This document shows, piece by piece, positions 57,427 to 64,000 of a stretch of DNA of 64,000 nt. This stretch comes from a virus. The translations under genes and the position numbers were made by a program. Below the pieces are notes generated by a model. The model saw nothing but the letters and a program-made list of their open reading frames with translations, was not told the DNA's origin and made no database searches. Within the stretch, counting starts at the first letter, position 1. Every line of letters begins with the position of its first letter. The stretch covers positions 32,001 through 96,000 of the IMG/VR virus record IMGVR_UViG_3300035180_001847; one strand, 5' to 3'.

Positions 57427-59685
57427 TTAATTTTTGAAACCTTTCAACCATGTATTTCTAATTGTGGCATCTTCCCTCAAACATTTATCAAATGCGTATG
57501 GTTCAGCCAGAATCAAACATCTTTGTTTAGAGCGAGTCATTGCCGTATAAATTAACTGGGAATTCAATAACATAAAATGCGAGTTATCAAGAACGATAAT
57601 CACATCTCTATATTCTGAACCTTGAGATTTGTGGACTGATATTGCATAGGCAAGTTGTATTTCATTAATGTTTTCATGGTTATATTCAATATATTTATCT
57701 GAAAGATTATAATAAACTTTTACTCCATTCCCATCAACAAAAGTAATCACTCCAGTTTCTCCATTGAACACGTTGAGGTCATAATCATTCTTGGTGTGAA
57801 TAACTTTATCATTTAACCAAAATTCGTTTTTCCCATGAACAAATTTAACTGAACTATTATGAAAATTTATTTCTTTTTGAATCGCTAAATTGAAATTTCT
57901 TGTTGAATTTAACGTATCACTTTTTCTTGGAACTAACAATACCACATTATCTAAACCGAAATCAGACACGGATTTTAGATATGTCTTTATAGCAATATTG
58001 AATAAATCTTCTCTTTCATTTTTAAAAATATAATAAAGGTCTTTATTATTTCCATGAACGATTTTTGGTTCTTTCTTTTCAATGGGGTTTATTCCATTTC
58101 TAATTTTATTGGAATCTAGAATGATGCCAGAATTTTTTGCTTGTCTTTGAATTTCAGTTAATTCAAATCTCGTAAATGGCATATCTATTTCATATAGATC
58201 GGAAAAAACATTTCCTTCACCAATGGGAGGAAGCTGACCCCTATCACCCATCAAGATTACCTTTGTTTTAGTGGTATCAATTGCCTCAAATAATTTTTTA
58301 AATAAAAATGAATTTATCATTGATGACTCATCAACGAGAACTATGGAAAAATCAAGTTTATTTCTTTCTCCATATATAAATCCAGATTTTCCCTGCGCTC
58401 CAAGTAATCTATGAATTGTCATTGCATCAAATCCAGTTACGGATTGAATCCTCATGGCCGCAACGGCGGATAAAGAACAAACACCAATTTTATATCCCAT
58501 ATTTCTATATATAGAAAGAACTCCTCTGGCAATGCTTGTTTTTCCAGTTCCACTTAATCCAGTAATACTGGAAAAATTATTCATGGTTATTTTCTCAATC
58601 ACATTTTTTTGCTCATCGGTATACGAAAAACCAAGCTCCTTCTCCGCCATTTTAATGCCCGTATTTATCGCATCATCACTTACTTCGAGGGGAATTGAAT
58701 TATGAATAGATAAAATGGCGTCGTAAATATATTTTTCATAGTCATAAAATTTTTTAAGAGAAATTTTATCGTTTTCTATATGTAGAAATTTCGGATTATT
58801 TTTTTCTCCATCCATAAAATTTTCTAAAAGTTCATCTGTTTCAGGAATATTGTTATTCACTTCTTTTTTTAAATCATAAATAGTAACCCAAGTATCACCA
58901 TCTTGAGAACGTTGTTCCAAATAATACTTGATGAAAGAAACCAGTCTTGTTTCAGAATTTCTTAAATTGGGATTTAGTTGATTGGCAATCTTGTCCGCTG
59001 TTTTAAATGTTATTCCATCTGCTTCGGTAATAATATACGGATTTCTTAAAATCTTTTCTCGAAGAATTTTGGGATTAGTTTCATAGTCTAATAGTTTTTT
59101 GATTTTGGAAAAAGAAATTCCAAGAGGTGTAAGCAAAATTAATATATCAGATAAAGCAAAATTACTTACAATCTTTTCTTTAATTTTATCCCATGTAGTC
59201 TGTCCAACCCCCTTAATTAAATCTAAATCAACATTATCTTTACCAGAAATAATGTCATCGACAATATTTGGATAGTTTTCCAGAATGGATTGAGCCTGAT
59301 TATTTGTGACTAAAGAACGCAAATATAATTCCTGTTCATCCCTTGTCTTTGGCTGAACCAATTCAACCGATTTAATTGTATATTGATAACCCCTTATTTT
59401 TTTTACATATTCAGGGATGCCAACAATATTATAAATATCTCCTATCGATGGTTCTGGCATCTTTCCGGCAATTGAAACGATATAAGATGATGACTCATTA
59501 TTTGTTTCAATGTCGTAATCCAACTGCAATTTGGAATGCGGTATTTCATTTTTAGTTGAAACAACCAGAGCGCCCCAAGAACTATTTGGGTCATAATATC
59601 TAATGGACTTGATTATTGCAGTAAATGTCAATGGTTGTTTTTCTTTATTTGTATCGATGTTTTCCATTATTGGTTTCCTTTTCAT
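57427..59685 (-). CDS. recD2: RecD2-like SF1B helicase
   Basis: GLSGTGKT, TIHRLL, VDESSM, GDRGQLPPIG, AYAISVHKSQGSE; N-terminal HhH. Confidence 0.93.
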   Translation of the reverse strand: MKRKPIMENIDTNKEKQPLTFTAIIKSIRYYDPNSSWGALVVSTKNEIPHSKLQLDYDIETNNESSSYIVSIAGKMPEPSIGDIYNIVGIPEYVKKIRGYQYTIKSVELVQPKTRDEQELYLRSLVTNNQAQSILENYPNIVDDIISGKDNVDLDLIKGVGQTTWDKIKEKIVSNFALSDILILLTPLGISFSKIKKLLDYETNPKILREKILRNPYIITEADGITFKTADKIANQLNPNLRNSETRLVSFIKYYLEQRSQDGDTWVTIYDLKKEVNNNIPETDELLENFMDGEKNNPKFLHIENDKISLKKFYDYEKYIYDAILSIHNSIPLEVSDDAINTGIKMAEKELGFSYTDEQKNVIEKITMNNFSSITGLSGTGKTSIARGVLSIYRNMGYKIGVCSLSAVAAMRIQSVTGFDAMTIHRLLGAQGKSGFIYGERNKLDFSIVLVDESSMINSFLFKKLFEAIDTTKTKVILMGDRGQLPPIGEGNVFSDLYEIDMPFTRFELTEIQRQAKNSGIILDSNKIRNGINPIEKKEPKIVHGNNKDLYYIFKNEREDLFNIAIKTYLKSVSDFGLDNVVLLVPRKSDTLNSTRNFNLAIQKEINFHNSSVKFVHGKNEFWLNDKVIHTKNDYDLNVFNGETGVITFVDGNGVKVYYNLSDKYIEYNHENINEIQLAYAISVHKSQGSEYRDVIIVLDNSHFMLLNSQLIYTAMTRSKQRCLILAEPYAFDKCLREDATIRNTWLKGFKN

Positions 59686-59693
59686 GTTGCATT

Positions 59694-62600
59694 TTATTCT
59701 AAAAATTTATCGTTTTGTTTCATTACATAATATGTTTCAAGCCATAAATCGAATTTATCTGGTACATCTTCCCATTTTCCGTTGATTGCTTTTCTTTTTA
59801 TGTTTTTCTTTTTCAATGTTTTACATAATAGAACATCGCCAATTTTAAACGGATGTTCAGAAAAGGTTTTCTTATCTATTTTCAATGTTTTTCGCATACC
59901 ATTTTTTAATGTGTGAACAAGAGCCTTCGGAGAATATTCTAAATTCAAATCCATGATGAATGCATACATCTTATTGACATCAAATTTTGTAAAAATATCG
60001 CCAGTAATATTGAATTCAGATGTAATTTTTTCTAAAATTGAAAAATTTTCATTTTGCATCCATTGTTCAATTTCTCTTAATTCTTTCAATCTGCTTTCTT
60101 TGGTTTCATTCTTCAATGAACTAGAATATCTAAATTTTCCAGATTTAAATTCATCAAAAATTTTTAGCAATTTTTTTTCGCCACCAAAATCTTCAAAATA
60201 TCCTATTTTAATAAGTTGTTCAAATTTAGATGATAAAAATTTATTTTCTTCGGCGCAAACCAATAAATCAACAAAGGTATTTCCTTTAAATATTTGATAA
60301 AGATTAAACATATCATCTGAAATTTTTGAACCGAAACCCTTTAAACTTTTAATAGATTGTGTGATTTCATTCCTTTCAGTATTTCCAATAATCTTTCTGT
60401 TATCTTGTCCAAATTTCAGCTTTGGAAACTTTATATGAAAAAATGATTCAGCTTCTTTTTTTGCTAGATTTAGTCTGTCTTTATCGCCATCTTCTTCCAT
60501 CATTTGAAGAAAAACTTCATAAAATTCAATGGGATAGTGTGATTTCAACCATGCACCATACAGACTATCACCAGCAACGGAATAAGCATGACTGCTGTTG
60601 AATGAATAGCGGCTAGAATCTTCAATGATTTTCCAAGTCATATTTGCAATTTCATTTGACTTATTTTCATCTAGTTTTTCTATTTCCATCAATCTTTTCA
60701 TCATTCCGTTGATGAATTTTTCTTTTTTAGACAAAACCTTCTCGTATCTTTTTTTGGCAATATTTTTGATAATATCATAGGTTTCTTTGATTGGAATTCC
60801 CGCCCATGCCATAACATTCATTGCATTTTCTTGATAAAGCATATAGCTAAAAGGGAATTCATCTGTTTGAATCACTTTGTCTAATGATTTAACCCCATAT
60901 TCAAATGGAAGTCTTGCTTCAAATTGAGAATAATTTGACTTGAATCCTGGTCTAATTGCGGCTATAAAAGCCGATAAATCAGAAATATTACGAGGGGAAT
61001 ATTTAGCAACCCGCTCGATTGTTCCAGATTTTTCTACTTGGTTAATTCCAATTCCCAATCCATTTTTATATATATCCCAAGTTTTATCATCAGCTTTTCT
61101 TAGCAATTCAGACAATGAAAATGGCTCAATTCCAATTCTATCGAAAACACGATAAATTAAATCCACGACACTTACTTTTAATAAATCATTTTTGAACATC
61201 TTGTATTTTTCTGCGAATTCCCCATCGCAATTCACACAAATATGTTCAGAATCTCCACTTTTGATTTTAATTAATCCAAATTCTTCTCTTATATCTCCCT
61301 GTCCATATAATAAATATGCACATGGATGAGGAGAAATGGTATTTACAATGTTCAAATACTTTCGACTTTCATTATAAATCGGAAGATATTCTTCATCAAT
61401 ATAATCATCGATTTGAGGAGCATTGTCCAAATCAACATCATCTGGATTTTCCTCAATGTAATGCCGCATATCCTTTTCAAAATTTTTTAAAATATCTGAA
61501 ATAAAATTGGATGTATCAAAATCAATCCCGGCGGCTCTTGCATAAAGTTTCCATGCGCCAGAATTTTTTACTTTTCCAAATGCAATCATGGGATAAGAAT
61601 GCTGTTCCCCGATTATTTCTTTTTGAGCCTTTGCAAATATTGATGGTGTTCCCAAATTTAAATCAACATCTGGCAAAGAACCAGTTTCCAAAATTCTTTC
61701 CGCTGTAATAAATCTTTCTGGAAACAGTTTGACTGTTGCGGCAATTCTATCAATCGTTGTAATTCCAAGTAATTTTGTAATATAAAAACTTGGCGCAGAA
61801 CCACGCCCCGTTAAAGTAATGGAGCCACCCAATTCTTTTCCTCTGGCAACTATTTTTTCATCAAGAAGAAAATAATCGGACATTTTCGATGTAATAACAA
61901 CATCTATTTCTTTTTTTATTTCATTTTCATATAATGGCCATTTATCAAACGGCACATTGTTTTTTTCTTCATCCCATCTTTCCCAAACAAGTTTCTTGAA
62001 AATTGAATCCTTTTCATCTTGGGATTTATCGGGATAAAGTGTTGGCATTTTAATTAATTTGTCATTAAAAATAATTGAATCATAAACATCCACATTTTCA
62101 AAAATCATTGTGTTTTGGAGAGAAATTTCAATTTGTTCATCTGAAAGAATGTTTTGATCTTGAAATCTTTTAAAAGCCAAATCATAAGATGGAAAATCCA
62201 TGAACCAACCATCTTCATCTGGATAAGAAATTCCACGAGAAATAAGAAAGTTGTCTCTCTCAATCTTTTGAGATTCATGAATCATGTGAGTATCCATACC
62301 AGCTATGATTTGAATACCATACCTTTCGGATAATCTCAAAACTTCCTTATTTATTTCTTTTTGTTTTTCAACATTATGATTTTGAACTTCAAGAAAAAAA
62401 TTATTTTTAAAATTATTATGGAATTGCAAAATCAAATTTTCATAATCATCATATTTCCACACTCCGCCCAAACAAGCAGATGTAACCCAAACATCGTTGG
62501 AGGGGAGTGATAGAATCAATTCTAAATCTGTTCGAGCCTTATAATAAAATCCAGTTACATTTGCTTCGCTGAGAATTCTATTTATGGCTTTACGTCCATT

Positions 62601-62882
62601 TTCATTCTTGGCAAGAAGAACAAGATGCGCGTTTGTCGCATCTTTTTCAAAACGATTTTTTACAAAATAGGTTTCAACTCCAAGCAACGGTTTCAAATTA
62701 TTTTTTTTAGCAAGTTCAATGATTTCAATGAATCTTCCAGTCGTACCATGTTCAACACCCGATAGGACTGGCATTCCTAATTCAATAGTCCTATTGGCTC
62801 TATCAGAATTGGAAATAACAACATCTGGGGTAACAATGTTACTGTAAAAGGAATGCGAATGATAATTTATATAATTGTTCAA
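59694..62882 (-). CDS. dnaE: DNA polymerase III alpha subunit
   Basis: PHP NYHSHS, GRGSA, FPERF, LPDVDLN, HPCA, LYQE, FNSSHA motifs; no intein seen. Confidence 0.95.
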   Translation of the reverse strand: MNNYINYHSHSFYSNIVTPDVVISNSDRANRTIELGMPVLSGVEHGTTGRFIEIIELAKKNNLKPLLGVETYFVKNRFEKDATNAHLVLLAKNENGRKAINRILSEANVTGFYYKARTDLELILSLPSNDVWVTSACLGGVWKYDDYENLILQFHNNFKNNFFLEVQNHNVEKQKEINKEVLRLSERYGIQIIAGMDTHMIHESQKIERDNFLISRGISYPDEDGWFMDFPSYDLAFKRFQDQNILSDEQIEISLQNTMIFENVDVYDSIIFNDKLIKMPTLYPDKSQDEKDSIFKKLVWERWDEEKNNVPFDKWPLYENEIKKEIDVVITSKMSDYFLLDEKIVARGKELGGSITLTGRGSAPSFYITKLLGITTIDRIAATVKLFPERFITAERILETGSLPDVDLNLGTPSIFAKAQKEIIGEQHSYPMIAFGKVKNSGAWKLYARAAGIDFDTSNFISDILKNFEKDMRHYIEENPDDVDLDNAPQIDDYIDEEYLPIYNESRKYLNIVNTISPHPCAYLLYGQGDIREEFGLIKIKSGDSEHICVNCDGEFAEKYKMFKNDLLKVSVVDLIYRVFDRIGIEPFSLSELLRKADDKTWDIYKNGLGIGINQVEKSGTIERVAKYSPRNISDLSAFIAAIRPGFKSNYSQFEARLPFEYGVKSLDKVIQTDEFPFSYMLYQENAMNVMAWAGIPIKETYDIIKNIAKKRYEKVLSKKEKFINGMMKRLMEIEKLDENKSNEIANMTWKIIEDSSRYSFNSSHAYSVAGDSLYGAWLKSHYPIEFYEVFLQMMEEDGDKDRLNLAKKEAESFFHIKFPKLKFGQDNRKIIGNTERNEITQSIKSLKGFGSKISDDMFNLYQIFKGNTFVDLLVCAEENKFLSSKFEQLIKIGYFEDFGGEKKLLKIFDEFKSGKFRYSSSLKNETKESRLKELREIEQWMQNENFSILEKITSEFNITGDIFTKFDVNKMYAFIMDLNLEYSPKALVHTLKNGMRKTLKIDKKTFSEHPFKIGDVLLCKTLKKKNIKRKAINGKWEDVPDKFDLWLETYYVMKQNDKFLE

Positions 62883-62939
62883 AATAAAATCTCCTAATAA
62901 TTAAATAATAAATACCCGCATATTTTCATGTGGGTATTT

Positions 62940-62968
62940 ATTATAATGTATTTTTATTTATTTGTCAA
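62940..62968 (-). promoter_or_regulatory. sigma70-type promoter for dnaE
   Basis: Minus strand TTGACA-N17-TATAAT, followed by a hairpin at 62907-62942. Confidence 0.7.
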
Positions 62969-62977
62969 GCATCAATA

Positions 62978-64000
62978 TTATTCATTGATCCGATATTCTT
63001 CAATTATAAATGCCCACCGCCGTTCACCATTATATTCAGTTCTGGCAATCTTACAAATTACATCCATAAACAAATCATCTCCATCCCAATTGAATCCTTC
63101 ATTATTGCCGCTTCCGTACTTCTTATAAATAACATCATTTTCATCCGCATGAAAATTTAATATATCTACGCCATCTTTCAATTCAAATTTCCAATTGTTT
63201 TTTATTTCACTTTTTTCTCTTGCACCAAAGAAGGAAATATCGGAAGATTTTACCCCTATATTCTTTATAAGAATTTTAGCTTCCGGTATTCCCTGTCCCC
63301 AATATTTTTTAAAATTGTGGATGGGCAGTAGCATATTGTCTAAGATTAATATTTCTTCTTTTTTATTGAAGTCAAATTCATAATCAATATTATGAATTTT
63401 TTCAAAACTATAATCTTTTAATTTTTCATTTGACAATTCAATACTTTTTAATAGCTGTTTTTTAGAATATCCTACCCCACTTGCGTTCATATGCCCGCTT
63501 AAGAATGAAGCATATCCCAGACTCTCAAGAAAACCTTTTAAATTAGTCAATGGACTATCCTGAAAGTTTCTTATGCTTCCTGAAAAATAATCGCCTTTTT
63601 CATTTTTACGCAAAAGAACAACTGGTTTATTGAACTTGGATGCTAGACGTTGAGCAATGAGACCTGTAAAAGCCCTATCCACCCTATCATCACAAAGAGC
63701 AAACAAAATCTTGTTATCGTTGCGCTTAAATTTTTCAATATCTTCTAGGATGATTTCCATGCCCTTGTCTATGGCTCTATCTTGACGACTCTTACTATTT
63801 GTGCAAAGTCTTAATGCACGAGCATAAACAGATTCTTGAACAATTGTTTTATCGCGCTTAACATACTCAAATGATTCATCCTTTTCACATAATGCCTGAA
63901 ACATTATTTGTTTATCCAATTCTGAACCCGAACGTATAGTGCCATTTATAAGTGGAACAACAAAAAACGAGACATCAATTATTGTTGGAGGAGAGTTTTT
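62978..64000 (-). CDS. recJ: RecJ-like DHH exonuclease (N-terminus beyond the window)
   Basis: PLING..R, TGLIAQRLA...KPVV, GSIR, GHMNASG (DHHA1); frame open to the window edge. Confidence 0.85.
   Translation of the reverse strand, partial: KNSPPTIIDVSFFVVPLINGTIRSGSELDKQIMFQALCEKDESFEYVKRDKTIVQESVYARALRLCTNSKSRQDRAIDKGMEIILEDIEKFKRNDNKILFALCDDRVDRAFTGLIAQRLASKFNKPVVLLRKNEKGDYFSGSIRNFQDSPLTNLKGFLESLGYASFLSGHMNASGVGYSKKQLLKSIELSNEKLKDYSFEKIHNIDYEFDFNKKEEILILDNMLLPIHNFKKYWGQGIPEAKILIKNIGVKSSDISFFGAREKSEIKNNWKFELKDGVDILNFHADENDVIYKKYGSGNNEGFNWDGDDLFMDVICKIARTEYNGERRWAFIIEEYRINE

Overview
This window is a 64-kb slice of a large SPbeta-like tailed dsDNA phage. 1-6100 is a higher-GC, minus-strand early (host-takeover-like) region driven by sigma70-type promoters. 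6200-7050 is non-coding and low-complexity. 7-20 kb holds methyltransferases, a HEPN gene, a YonO-type single-subunit RNA polymerase, HU, a metallophosphoesterase, two tRNAs and candidate ncRNAs. 20.4-50 kb is a complete plus-strand head and tail module. Its terminase gene is split by a 339-nt group I intron, and the module includes a ferritin-like gene, RuvC and a tyrosine recombinase. 50-64 kb is a minus-strand nucleotide-metabolism and replication block (dNMP kinase, 5'-nucleotidase, RecD2, DnaE, RecJ). The most striking unexplained structure is two arrays of integron-type gene cassettes (9.0-10.5 kb on +, 55.6-56.7 kb on -). They are separated by attC-like sites of the type I recognise from Anaerolineae (Chloroflexota), with no integron integrase in the window, and some ORFs now read into the attC sites. 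The early region also has blocks strongly enriched for GANTC and GATC, and a conserved RTGACATTT box just upstream of its -35 elements. All family assignments come from motif recognition and synteny; no database search was run, and counts were made by eye.
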